Shown in pieces: positions 15,222-32,111 of a stretch of 64,000 bases of DNA. Each line of letters starts with the position of its first letter. Position 1 is the stretch's first letter. The notes under the pieces were generated by a model, which saw nothing but the letters and a program-made list of their open reading frames with translations, had not been told where the DNA came from and made no database searches. Source of the DNA: the human T2T-CHM13v2.0 reference genome, Homo sapiens; assembly GCF_009914755.1 (NCBI RefSeq), contig NC_060931.1; one strand, given 5' to 3'. The position numbers and the translations under genes are program-made.

Positions 15222-15307
15222 TTGTTTTTTGCATTTATTTTGTAGTCAAGTGAAGCAGTGGGAGCAGAGAAGGAACAAAGAAATATATAGCTGGTTGTGA
15301 TTAGTTG
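15222..15307 (-). pseudogene. Y3 RNA (RNY3) retropseudogene, 5'-truncated
   Basis: Reverse complement of 15243-15307, caactaatcacaaccagctatatatttctttgttccttctctgctcccactgcttcacttgacta, matches the 3' two-thirds of hY3; A-tail at 15222-15242; TSD aaaagctgtgttt/aaaaggtgtgttt. Confidence 0.9.
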
Positions 15308-15899
15308 AAAAGGTGTGTTTCTAACTAGCACTTCAGATGATGCTAAGGCAGGTGGTCCAGGGTCCACACCAGGCTACATTCTTTCAGAGATGACAGTCTT
15401 GGCTTGTAAGACAAGAAACGAGGAGAATTCCAGAACTCTGAATTTTTTAATCACTTAACAAGAAATATAAATGAGTGGAGAGGATAAAAGTGGTCAAAAC
15501 TGTTCATGATGAAGGAAGTGAGTGGTCTTTACAAAATCACACTGCCCAAAGAGGAACTGCAAATGACTCTTTTTTTTTTTTTTTAATGACTCTTTAGCAT
15601 AGACTGAAATACCAGCAGTTGGAATAGGGCATCAGCCAGATGGCTGGGGGATGAAGGACATTCTAGTCACCTTGCATGTTAGGCACCGTTGACTAGATAG
15701 ATCCCTCCTGGTTAAATGATAAATAAATGGAAAACCCTGCAGGATTCAGGGCCGTATAAAATCCTGCAACAAGAAGGGAAAGGTTTCCCTGCTCTGAAGA
15801 CTTAGGGGAAGAATTTTCTGTAAGAAGCAAATGAAAACTATTGGGTATGCTTATAAAATATTAATGAGGATACAGCTGCATTCTAGATTAACTTAGGAT

Positions 15900-16770
15900 A
15901 ATTTTTTTTACAAAATTCAAATAGAAGACAAAATGGTAACTTGAATAAATGAGACATATACCATGTTCTATGAAAGAAAAATTCAGTATTATGAAGGTGC
16001 CAATTATCACGTTAATTTATAATTGTAATACAATTTCAATCAAAATCCCAATGAGATTGTTTTATCTAATAAAATTCATTTCAAATTAATGTAGAAGAAT
16101 AGAAAATGAAAATAATTTAGAAAAATTTTAAAGGAAAGGATAATGAGGAAAATCATACCCAACCAGATGAAGTCCACTACAAAGTTATTAATTTTAAAAC
16201 AGTGCAGTATTAATTGAAGACATAACAAAGAGATTAATGGAAAAAATAGCAGCCCAGAAAAAGATAAATCCCAGGGTATAAAAGAACTTAATATGTGATG
16301 AATAAAATCATGATTCGCAATGAGGAATGAATTTAATCAACAAATGATGTGGAGGAAATTGGCTGTTAGGGAGAAAAAAATAAATTTAAAACCTAACTTT
16401 ACAACATATACCTAAATAAATTCCAGGTGAATTCAATGCTTAAATTTTAAAAATCTTAGTAACACAATACTTTTTAATAAGATGATTTTATCTTATTTAT
16501 TAGCTACACAGTACTTTTTAATAAGGCAATATTTATTATTTATTAGATGTAGGAAGAATTTCTAAGCCTAAAATTAGATTAAGTTTGAAAGAGCAGAAGT
16601 GATAAATTTTACCATAGAAACATAAAATCTTTGGCATAGAAAAATATCTTAATTAAAATGAAAGAGACACTAAAAATGTTTATGACAATAAGGACAAAGT
16701 TTTAATGTTCTTTACATGCATTGAATTCCTTGTAAACTAAGAAAAACATTGACTTCTGGATAAAAATGTC
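15900..16770 (+). mobile_element. Ancient L1M ORF2 fragment
   Basis: ttgaataaat...ataccatgttc...ttaatttataattgtaatacaatttcaatcaaaatccca; aaataaattccaggtgaatt. Confidence 0.8.
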
Positions 16771-17164
16771 AGATTGCACTCTCACTCCCTCTTAAAAATC
16801 CAATAAACTGACATTAAAATGTATTTTAGAAGCATAAATCACAAGGATTAAGAGAATGGAGCAGGAGACAATCACAGTAAAATTTTGGAAGTTGAAAAGC
16901 AGATATAGATTGGTAACTGATTAAACAGCCGTGGAGAAGCAGAATCTTATGCTAGCAATAGGTAGATGGCAATATTCTGAAAAACACACATTCCAAGGAA
17001 TTGATTCTTAAAGTGGGATATATGTGAAGCTAAAACAAGTTCAAAGTCCTCTTTAAGCACCAGCCAGGTGACAGTCCTCCCTTCTTGGCAGAAGACTAGG
17101 TGTTTATCCTCTGGAAAAGGCAAAATACAGGGTCTCTGGTCCACAAGAAAACAGGTAGATTTGG

Positions 17165-19367
<2,203 letters not shown>

Positions 19368-20114
19368 AAAACAGGTAGATTTGGAAGCAGGGATACCATA
19401 CTGAACACTGGGGTATAATTTAATGTGTGCATTCTGAACACTAAAACCTCCAGCTCACTTTCCCACTCAGCTTCCAAAATACTTCCAACCAGGCCTTCGC
19501 CCTCTAGGCAAGAGACTGGAAGATCCTTTTCTGGAGAATGTGACAAGATGTCAGGAAGAGCATAAAGATGGCTAAATTTGGGCCTCTCCAGCTAGATCAT
19601 GGTGCCATTTAAAGATTACACTGTGAAATGTGTTCTCTGCAATTTGGTTTTGGGGCATTCCTGCATATCATGTTACAGTGAGCCCAAAGAGAACAAGATC
19701 CACTCTCAGGCTCAGAACTTCCAGTCAACCTTTTAGGACTCCACTCTTAAATATATGCAGATATACGAGGATCCCCAACAACAAAGGGAATATGAATAAC
19801 AGAGACCCAAACAGAGACAGATGAAAGTAACTTCTTCTGCAAGGAGATGATAACTTTAAAAAATCAGTCTCGTTTATGTCTTTGAGAGAGAAGAGAAGAT
19901 TGTGCATTTCTAAAACATGAACAGGATGCATAAAGAGGAATATTCAGAGAACAAAAAGAGCTCTTAATTCAGAAGAAGAGTTAGAAGATAAAATTGATGT
20001 GATTTCTTCCCACCATAAAAAGCAAAAACACAAAGAGATGGAAGTAGGAAAGAAACAATAAGAAAATTAGAGAACTAGTCCAGGAAGTTCAACATGTGAA
20101 TAACAGGAGTTTCA

Positions 20115-20331
20115 GGCCAGGCACAGTGGCTCATGACTATAATCCTAGCACTGTGGGAGGCCAAGACGGGAAGATCACTTGAGCCCAGGAGTTCAAGATT
20201 TCACCCTATCTCTACAAAAAATGCAAAAATTAGCCAGGCGTATTGGCACATGCCTGTAGTCCCAGCTACTTGGGAGGCTAAGGTGGGAGGATGGCTTGGG
20301 CCTAGGAGGTTGAGGCTGCAGTGAGCTGTGA
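20115..20331 (+). mobile_element. AluJ, lacking its 3' end and tail
   Basis: ggccaggcacagtggctc...gaggctgcagtgagctgtgat, then directly L1-like sequence. Confidence 0.9.
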
Positions 20332-22372
20332 TTTTCAAACTTCTGAAAGAAAATTATTTTCAACCTAAAATTCTATACCCAGCCAAGCTACCAATCAAAT
20401 ATGAGAGGAGAATCAAGACATTTTCACACATGCTAAGTCTCACAAAATTAACCTCTCATACATTCTCTCTCAGGGAGCTAAGGGATTATGTGTTTCACCA
20501 AAAAAAATTTTTTTTAAGAGGAAGACATGGGAACAAAAGATTCAGCAGAGAAACGACATAAAGGGAACTCCCAGGATAAGGGTGAAGGGGCATCTCTGGT
20601 TGACAGCTGAGCACCAAGAATAGACAGCAACTGTTTTAGATTGCAGTAAGTCAGAGAGCTCCAGGAGAGAGTTCATCGAGAAGATGAAGTTCATTCTTCT
20701 AATATGAATAAAAATTTTAAGAAGATATTTAGACAATAGGCAGAGCATTTAGAATTGAATTAGAAATAAGTGGACAGAAAATTAAGTATCTCAAAAACAA
20801 GAAACACATTAACTCCAGGAAAAACAAAAAGTTGGGCAGGAAAACAACTTTATGATTCAGCTCTGAAGAGCATCATTGTCATTCTAATGTAAACACTGAA
20901 TGTTGATCTGTGCTGGGATGGTGGGAAGATAGGAGGATGGGAAGTATGCTTGCATGTGGTGGGAGTGAGGGGTAGTGAAAGAACATGAAATTGTCATCAT
21001 TCGTATTGGCACATCAATCAGTAATAGAAGTGTATTATTTAGAGATACAGAGGAAAATATCTATATCACCAACTAAGAAACGTACGAGTGCTTGCCTCTG
21101 CCTAGAAGAAAAGGAGAGGAAGATTCTGGTGGGGAGGGGAAACCTTTCTTATCTGCTACCCTGAGCGTGCCCTGACACCCCAAACTGGCAACAGATTGGG
21201 GCCTTTGCTCCAGCTGTCTGTTCTGTTATGCTCCCAAACCAAGCATGCCTGCCCCTTTTGTTGTTATGGCTTTAATGCTGATCATCACAAAGAAACAGAC
21301 TGCCGAGGCAAAGATTAAAAGCCGGTGAAATCACAAAGGTCACAGAATCTCAGCAGTTGTCTCGAGGCTGGGGCCTTGATCCACAGCTCTGGGCCCCCCT
21401 CCCAAGACAGTCATGAGCAGCCTCCTGGACTTTCGCTCTTAGGCACAGATTCAAAGGGTGCAACTCGCAAAATATGCCCTGATACTATTCTAAAAAACAT
21501 TTTGAATAGTTTTTATTTTTCCCAGTTATAAAACACGTGCACTTTGAAGAAAAGCAAATAGGAAATCAAGGAAAATATAAAGAATAAATTTAAATTACCA
21601 TAATTCTACAACTCAGAAATAACCATTAATAGTTTGTTCCAATCCTCTTTTGATCTGTAACTAGATAAACTTTATCAGCACACATAAATTATAATACCTT
21701 TCATATATGATATGTATCACCCAGAAAAAAAATTAACATTTCTTCCAGTCTTTTTTCGATTTTTCACTAGACAAGTGTATGTCAGCACATCCATAATGTA
21801 TGTCTCTCATAATCAGGTGTTACACTGGTCACAGTAATAACAGTGAAAAACTTGAAGTAACTTAAGTGTCCTTTAATAAGAAATGCTTAAATAAACCAAA
21901 ACATATTTATTCTAGGAAATACTAAATGACCAGTGTTTTACAAAGTGCTATTGCAGGAATGTGTTAATTGAAATAGAAAGATATTTACAATGCATTATAT
22001 ATGCTTTTAAAAAGATGGAGCTGGTTTTTTCTACACAATTAAGAAATTTAAAAATTATTTTAAAGAGGGAGAAGATATAAAATTGTATATATAGTATGAT
22101 CCTTTTTTTAATGTGAAAAATAAATTTTCTGTGCCAGGCACTGAGCAAAGTACTTTATGTGCATTATCTAATTTAATTTTCAAGGTTTGGAAAAATACCA
22201 AGTAGTTTCTCCTAATGGGAACAGGAGGTCTCTGAGAGAAGATAAATGGAGATGTTGCCAGAGGTAGGGAGGACAAGGAGCAAGATGAAGTCCCCACTAG
22301 GTGGGCACTATGCCCTCTGCACCTAGGGACTTGGAGAGACTGAAGCCCCCAACAGGTTTAGGGTTGGGACGT

Positions 22373-22904
22373 TGACAGAGCAAGAGCACCTTCATCTCAG
22401 ACAAACACAGCCACTTTAAGTTCCAGCTCCCTTTCTAGCCTCATGCATTTCAAGGAAATCACTTCTCTTCTAACTATAAGCAGACAGTAAAACACAGATA
22501 AGGCAGCTCAGACACAGAAGGAGTCTCTCGGGTAACTGTCAAACTTCACCCTCATACAATGGGCCCCAGTAAAACAGTGGGCCTTAATAATCACATTCCT
22601 TTCACTTCAGATGCACTAAGAAAGGGAAGCTAAAAGCAGACTTGGGGAATATGCCTGCAGCTGCAGAAAGATGTATGGGAACAGACACACAACTCTCCCT
22701 CCCAAATAAGCACAACAAAAAGACACAGAAGCAGTCCAAGCCTCTGATAAACTCTCCCACAATGAATCCTTAAAACCTCTTAGTCTGTAAAAGAGTGGGG
22801 CTCTAACCTAACTCAGCCAGCAGCCCCTCTCAGGTTTGTTTAATGACCCTGTTAACTGTAAACCCACCCTTCGTGTTTCTCTCCTCTTTCTTTAATTTCT
22901 TACA
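22373..22904 (+). mobile_element. ERV1 solo LTR, MER41(C)-like
   Basis: tgacagagcaagagcacc...ccactttaagttccagctccctttctagcc...ttcttaca; TSD gacgt/gatgt. Confidence 0.75.
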
Positions 22905-24443
22905 GATGTGTGAAGTTTGACCAACTTGTGAGTAAATGGCAGAGATGTCACCAGCTGGGGATGGATGCCTCTGGAGCTCCAGTTGCTGGAATCCAACCTC
23001 TCCTGTGTCATCACCTCTGTGTTCCCTTCTTGGAGCCCATCCAGTGAGTGGGTAAAAAATGATGTCACAAGGACTTTTCTTTGAAATAGGTCAGGAAGGG
23101 GAGGAGAGCCTCTGGAATGTGGAATGGGACTGATTAATTCTTGAATTTAAAAGGGTCACTGTGTTTTGAGAAATTCTGGGTGCCTCACAGGACCCAACTT
23201 TGTTCCTTTTTCCCCTGAGCTCCCTACATCAAGCAGGGAAGGACCTGCTAAATTGTGGAAGGGCTCCTCCCATGCCTTCCTTGTGGATGACTACCCAACA
23301 GAAACTCAGCTTACTCCTCCAAACACATCAGTCCCTCCAGCTTCTCTGATATGGCTGATCACCAGCTTACTCTCCGACCCCTCTGGGCAGAGCCCCAGGG
23401 TTGCATCTGGTAACCTAGCTTTCAACAGGGGCAGGGGCAACATGGCTACAGACCCCTGGTGGTGAGCATGACCTTTCTGCAGAACCAGAGGCAGGTACAG
23501 AGCTAGGGCAAGGTAGGGCTCAGCCAGCAGGGAAGATGGTAGATGAAAAGGACCCAGGCCAGGGCTGGATCCAGCCAAACTGTATGCAAGTAAGCATGAG
23601 ACATTGGAGTCGCTTTGTGGCAAGAGTTCTTGCTCCACATTTGAGATATTCCAAGGATAATAGAAAGGGAGACATATCGCCTGGCATCACTCCAGAAAAA
23701 GAAATTACCAGAATTATGCAAAAATCATGAATAATTCCAGAGATTAGTTAAAATCTGGAGTTTCACATAGTCAATATTTTCTTCCTCTAGCGATTGCCTT
23801 TTAAACTTGATGTCTTCTTTTGAAATGAATGGTGATGCATTCCTTTATGTGAATTTCAGAAGTGAGCACATAAGTAAGGAAGATCTTTAGGGGATACACC
23901 TCTAAAGCCATACCAAGGAGGCAGCCATCCACAGTTGAGAATTACAGCTGCTGCCCACCCTGGATGAAGCAGCTGTTAGCTCTTATGCCCAAAACAGTGG
24001 CTATTACCTCTCACTTTTCCCTTCTAAGTATTTAACATGGTAGGAAGTGCTAAGATCTTCTGAAGTCTTATTGCAAGATTGGCATTCTTGTTTCTAATCT
24101 AGAAAAGTCCATCATTAAATACTGCTTAACCAACAATCAAATTTACTTGGCCTTTAGTTCATAAGCTATCTGTTAGGTTTTACAACCTATCTGTCTCAGG
24201 TAGTCACTCATTAGGATCTGAGAGGGAAGCCCATTTGCAGGGGTGAAACCAAACTCAAGTTTATTTCTGCCCCCACCTTAGTCTAAAGACATGAGCATGA
24301 TTTTATTTCTGAATTGTGTTTCTCTCTTTTCTTTGCATGTTTAATTAGGGTATAAATTCCTTGAACCCTAACTTCTGATTAGTTTGTGCTTTTCACAGAA
24401 CTTACAAGAAGGCTAGCCCCACAGGCCTTTTCAGTCCTGATTA

Positions 24444-25030
<587 letters not shown>

Positions 25031-27503
25031 TTTCCATAATTAAAATTAACATCACCTCAGGTTTGGGTGAAGGGCTCCCCCATTCATAATAGCTCTGTGT
25101 TTATAATTCTTCATGGGGCAGGGGCTGGGGTGGGGGCTCCTGAGTATCTCCGCAGGGGGTTAACAAGGCCTCTCTCTCTACTGCTACTGCAACATCTTAC
25201 ATTGTGAGGCTAATCATGGAAGGGAGGGGTCTGTATTTTAGGGGCCTGAGAGACAGACCAGAGTGAACCCTTGGAAGACATCTTGGCTCACAGAGATAGT
25301 GACAAAGAAGGAAGAGGGGGAAGGGAAGTCACTTTTCCAAGAGGGAGGAACTGGCCTCCCATCCTCTACAGAACACAGGGAGAGCCTAAGCACTGTCATG
25401 TCTCCTGGAAATGACTGGCAAAGGAAGTAGTTTGGGAAGTACTTTGATTTGATTTAGACAAAAAGACCATTCTAGGAATGAATATTTTCCTCCAGATGCT
25501 GCCTAGATTCCATCTACTTTGGAAATAACTAGCCAACCTTAGTCTACACTTTTGTAGCTTTGATCAGATAATTAAGACTAATTGCATATTCATTGTTCCT
25601 GCCGAGTCATTTTCTCTTAAGACAGGCAGAAGCACATTGTGGGGAATGTTTTCCATTTTCCTTTGCAACCCCAGAGCGGAGCACAGGCTTGGCGCAGATC
25701 AGGTAGAAAGTAGAATTACAGTGATGGGCCCCTCCCTTGCATAGTTCCTTCCAAAGCCTAGATAGGAGTCTAGCAATGTGTTCACTAACCATACACATTT
25801 GTAAAATCTGTAAAAGCAAAAGGTTTCAGCTGCCATTGGCTTCAACAGCTGTCTCTGTCCACTTTGAGCTCCCTAACTCTAAACCATGGCTCAGATGGCG
25901 TTTGAAAGGCCACGGGATTTGGCTAATAGGGAGTCAAGTCAGGATAAATTTAGTTAGAATGTAGTGGGATATATTAATGCGGTTGCAGACCACTGACCCA
26001 CCTATGTATAACGAATTTATTGCTAGCCTTCCTGGTATAATCACGGTTTCCAGCAATTCTCCTAACACCCACTGGGCCAGTCCACCCGATGTCATGACAT
26101 AATGGTGCAGGACCAGAGGCCACATTAGGATACGAATATGTCCTCTAGCACCTGACACTTGACGTATGCAGATAGTGGATGACAAACAAGGTTTGAAATG
26201 TATGGAGCCAGAAGCTATCTGTGGAAAACTTGACAATCATCAGATATGCAAAATTGCCAGAGATTTGGTTGTTATTGATGTCTAGGCAAAAATGGACATT
26301 TTCTCCTATCAGGAATATACATAGGAATGCAGCATATAAACTTATGAATGCACTATGCACTTAAACATTTTTTGACAGGAATCAGGTCCACAGAACTCCT
26401 GTGTTTGTAAGGCACAAATCTATAGCAGTACCACAGTCTGCATGGAAAGTCGTAATGAGGCATCCCAGCTAGCAGTAATAACAAATAAACTTGGACTAAC
26501 CCATCCTAGAGGAATGACTGAGTTATCTTTCCTTTTTTCTGCAAAATGAGGTCATTGAAGAGATGAAACCATAAAATGTAGAGGGAGAAAGTATTATAGG
26601 TGACTGTCAGATGGTTAAATAATAAAAATGTCATGCTATTTTCTGAAATGTGTGACATTTGTAGTATTTATCTGTTTTTTAACACCTGTAATTTGTTGTG
26701 ATTACTTTCTTAAATCTAGACAAATATTCCCTTTTGTGCACAATTTTATATGTGTAATTTTCTGTTCTTTTTCTTAAAGGGGACACCAAAAACCATCTAA
26801 GCTTCAGGTTGTGCAAAACTCACTCTCTCCTTGGACTGGAAGCTAAATAAACATAAAGGAAGGAACACTGGACTAATAGGTTTGCAGGGAGGGAGGAGAA
26901 TAAGAAAGATCAAGAGGACCTACAAAGAGAAATTTCCCAAGAAGGTGGTAACCTAAAGAAGCCACTGTGTGAGGTTCTAGGGAATCATGATGGGGTAGGG
27001 AATGGTAGTGGAGAGTGTGAAAAAAGAGGATGTGTGGAAATGAGGGAGGAATGGTCTCCAAAGACACATTTCCTGGCTTCACAATTTTGTCCAGGCCAGA
27101 GTAATAGAGCTCCATTTTACTCGGGCTAACTTTAGCAGCCTACATATGAACACAAGGGACTTGATTTTTTTATTTTAAAAAAGGGATTCCACTGATTATA
27201 CCAATTGAGCATCTCAATGATACTGTAAGGGAGCAAAGGCACATATACTCATTAGCTGCATTTCACAGGTCCCAAACCACAGTGAATGTCTGCTGTCTTG
27301 TCTACCCAGAGCAGAATTCCTCTACTCTGCTTCATTGGGAAATCTTCCCGAATGGGAGTTGCCATATTTGTTGCCCAGGCAGCTCCAGGGCTGGGCAGTG
27401 GAGCTCTCCTGGAATTTTACAATGGGGGACTAGCCAGAGCAGCCCTCACTTGCTTTTGGGTGGTAAGTGGGAGGATGTCTAGGAGTGCTGCCTGCAGTCA
27501 TGT

Positions 27504-28014
27504 TGTGATGGTTGAATTTATGGTTCAACTTGACCAGGCTAAGGGCTGCCCAGATGGCTGGTAACATATTGCAGGGTGTGTCTGTGAGGGTGTCTCTGGA
27601 AGAGATTATCATTTGAATTGGTGGAGTGAGTAAAGAAGATCACCAATGCAGTGGGCGTCATCCTATCCATTGGGGATCCAAATAGAACGAAAGGCAGAGA
27701 AAGACTGGATTCTCTTGCTCTCTTCTTGAGCTGGGACAGCCGTCTTCTCCTGCCCTCAGACACTGGTACTCCTGGTTCTCAGGCCTTCAGACTCAGACTG
27801 AAACTTATAATGCTGGCCTCCTACCCCAACCTCACATCCAGGCCTTTGGACTCAGCCTGAACCACCAGCTTTCCTGGTTCTCCAGCTTGCAGGTAGCAGA
27901 TCATGGGACTTTGGCCTCCATAATTGTGTGAGCCAATTCCTGAAATAAATCTCCTCTTCATATATCTCTATATATCCTATTGGCTCTGCTTCTCTGAGAA
28001 CCCTGACTAACGCA
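27504..28014 (+). mobile_element. MLT2 (ERVL) solo LTR, TSD catgt
   Basis: tgtgatggttgaatttatg..tcaacttgacc...gaaccctgactaacgca; identical 5-bp flanks. Confidence 0.92.
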
Positions 28015-29805
28015 CATGTGCAGGAAGCCTGTCTGCAAGTAGGAAGCACAGGCACTGGCAGAGTAATGAAGAGATGGTCCTGTCCTCCAACCAGAAGAGA
28101 GCCCCCTGCACTTGGCCCAATGCCTTAGAGGGTCTGCTCTAGCTTCTCAGGGAGGAGTCTGCAGGGCCAAGGGGATGTGCTCCCCTGAGGTCTGTGTCCC
28201 TCTCCCCTTTGAGTCCCCGAAATTCTGTGCCCAAATGGCCCTGGGCCTCTTCCAGAGGCTGCTTGTGTGTCTTCTCTAGGTCCATCCTGCTGAGGGCAGG
28301 CAATGATGCAGGTGCGCACACCCCAAGGATGGCCATGGGCCAGCTGTTTGGGGGCAGCTATTTGGGGAGTCCATTGTCATGGGGGCGAGAAAAGAAGTTG
28401 GATGTGCAGGTTGGGGTGTCCACATCCACATATGTGAGACCATTTGTGATTTGGAGTAAAGCTTGGAGAGAGAAGTGGGAGGCTGCAGGCTGGGGACTGG
28501 CCCTTGCCATGTTGCCAGGCTCCAAAGCAGAGGTCTAACGAGGCAGAGGATTCTCAGTTCAAACCTGGCCTTCCAGGCAGAATGATGAGAACATGTTTTA
28601 TTTCAGAGTTTGTCAGCTTGGTTTATAACTTACCAATATTTAGACACAGAGTATGTGGGTCTCCATTTGTACTTGTACCGAGGGTCTTGCAAATATTAGG
28701 GGCAGGCTTGAGCAGAGTCAAGAGACAGAGAAGATCCCGGCAGCATTTGAGTCCCTGGTTCGTGTTCCTGCGGCTTGGATGCACCCCTGCGTTTCTCTTG
28801 TTTTAACCTTATCAGTTAATAAAGCATACATTTCTGCCTAAGCTGATCTGGATTTGTGTTACTTCCCATCAAGGATCCTAGCCAATGTGGAGAGTAAGTG
28901 ATGGAGCTGAAACTTGAACCCAGGCTCTGTCTCCTAACCCTGTGCGCCCTCCCTTACTCCACACCAGCTTCCCAGCCATCTCTCCAGCCATAAGCCAAGA
29001 AAGCCTTGCTGGCACCCTGGCAGGTAAAAGTCAGAACCCATGGGGAACAATTTTACCTACCTGACCCCTAAAAACACTTGCAGGAGCATGCAGATGCTGG
29101 AGCAAAGAAAATGGTGCTGATGAGGTAGCTCTGTGTCAGGGGGTCCTGCTGCAGGCACAGGTCCTTGGCCAGGATGAATGGCACCGCCATGAGGCCCCCC
29201 AGGGCTGTGAGGAAGTGCTGTGGGCAGAGAGTGAGAGGAGCAGGCATGTGATGTTGTGGCCTCCAGCTCCACTCTCATTCCCCAAACCAGAGAGTGCCCA
29301 ACATTAACAGGGGTGCCTTTCCCACTGCTCTGAGAGTCACCTGGCCATGAGTAACAAGCGAAGACCAGGCAGGCAGGGGGAATGAGGAAGGCCTGATGGT
29401 GAGAAGCAGGGACCCAGCCACAGGGACTGGCCTCAGGAGCAGGCACCCAGCTCCAGGAACTCATATCCTGGGGAGGAAACCAAGGTAGGGAGGCAAGCAT
29501 AGGAGGGGGTAACAGGAACCAAGACAGGGCCTTAAGAACAAGAGCAAGGCAAGAGGCTCGTTATTAAACAAGGCCCACTGTGAGAGCAGACCATCTACAA
29601 GGAGGGCCTGAGCATGAGCTTGCAGCCATTGGCCAAAGGCTACTGGAGTTTCACCGGACAGGACAGAGTTAGACCCAGAGCTCAGGGTAGGGCTGAGCCC
29701 ACAGCAGGCAGCCTCAGCTATAAAGAAGGTAAATTAAATATAAATGCCAGATTGACCAATTGACTGATAGATATGGGGCAACCAGTCAACACAGAAATGG
29801 GCCAC

Positions 29806-30486
<681 letters not shown>

Positions 30487-30911
30487 GACTCTGTCTCACA
30501 CACTCTAGCCCCAGAGCTGAAAGGTTGGCTGGGTCTAGGGGTACATTTGTGGGCTGTTGTCAGTTTTGTTCTGAGCCACACTAACTGGCCAATATATGGC
30601 TCCAGTCCCCACACGAATCTGGCCACTGAGCCAAACATTCTGAGAACAGACATGTGAAGCCACCTGCTTCTCTCCTTCACTTCGATGCAACCGGCTCTCT
30701 GATACCTGAGGCCAGCATTTCCACAGGGTCTCATGTTCCTAGTGCTAGTAGAATCACTCTGGTTTGGCATCTGCAGGAGCAGCCAATGTCCCACTGCAGG
30801 TTTACCCAAGAGTATAGGCTCTCTAACTCATCCCCTAAGAATACAGCATAAATCAAGCAGCAGATGTAGGCTTGGTTTATAAAAGTTAGTTGTTGGGTCA
30901 GTCAAGATAAA

Positions 30912-31170
30912 AAATGAAAGAAGAGAAGGAAGGAAAGAAGGAAGAGAGGAAGGAAGGAAGAAAAGGAGGAAGGGAGAAAAAGAGAGGAGAGGAGAAGAAA
31001 CAGGGAGAGAGAGGGAAAAAAGGGAAAGAAAACAAGAGAAGGAAAGAGAGAGGAAGGGAGAATAGGGAAGGAGGGAGGGAAGGAGATGGAAGGAAGAAGA
31101 AGGAAGAGGAAGGAAGGAAGAAAGGAAGGAAGGAAGGAGAAGAAAGGATGGAAGGAAGGAAAGAGATGGA
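30912..31170 (+). repeat. GA-rich polypurine low-complexity tract
   Basis: ~260 bp almost exclusively G/A (gaag, ggaa, gaga units). Confidence 0.95.
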
Positions 31171-31499
31171 CAGACAAATTGTGGTCATCTAAAAATTGGC
31201 TGACCCCTTGGGAAAGACGATAAGGGGGCAGGGGAGCTTCAGAGAAGAGGTGCCTACGTGTTGCAGGGGCACTTTGACAATCCTTGCCATTGTTCCTACA
31301 GTCCTTCATGGTCTCTCATAGATGTTCTTGGATCTGCTACCCACTAATTCAGTGCAGACCATAATATTCTCCAGGCCAAGAATCCACCAGTGTTAGATTG
31401 CCCATCTCATATCCTGCCCAGAAGCACTGGCTATAACCACCCTTATAGACAGGGCCAACTTCCCCTCATTAGCAAATAAATCTCTTGATCGTACAGGCA

Positions 31500-32111
<612 letters not shown>

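Noticed and set aside
30898-31309. K/E/R/G-rich and F/S/L/P-rich ORFs
   Set aside because: Translations of the polypurine simple repeat
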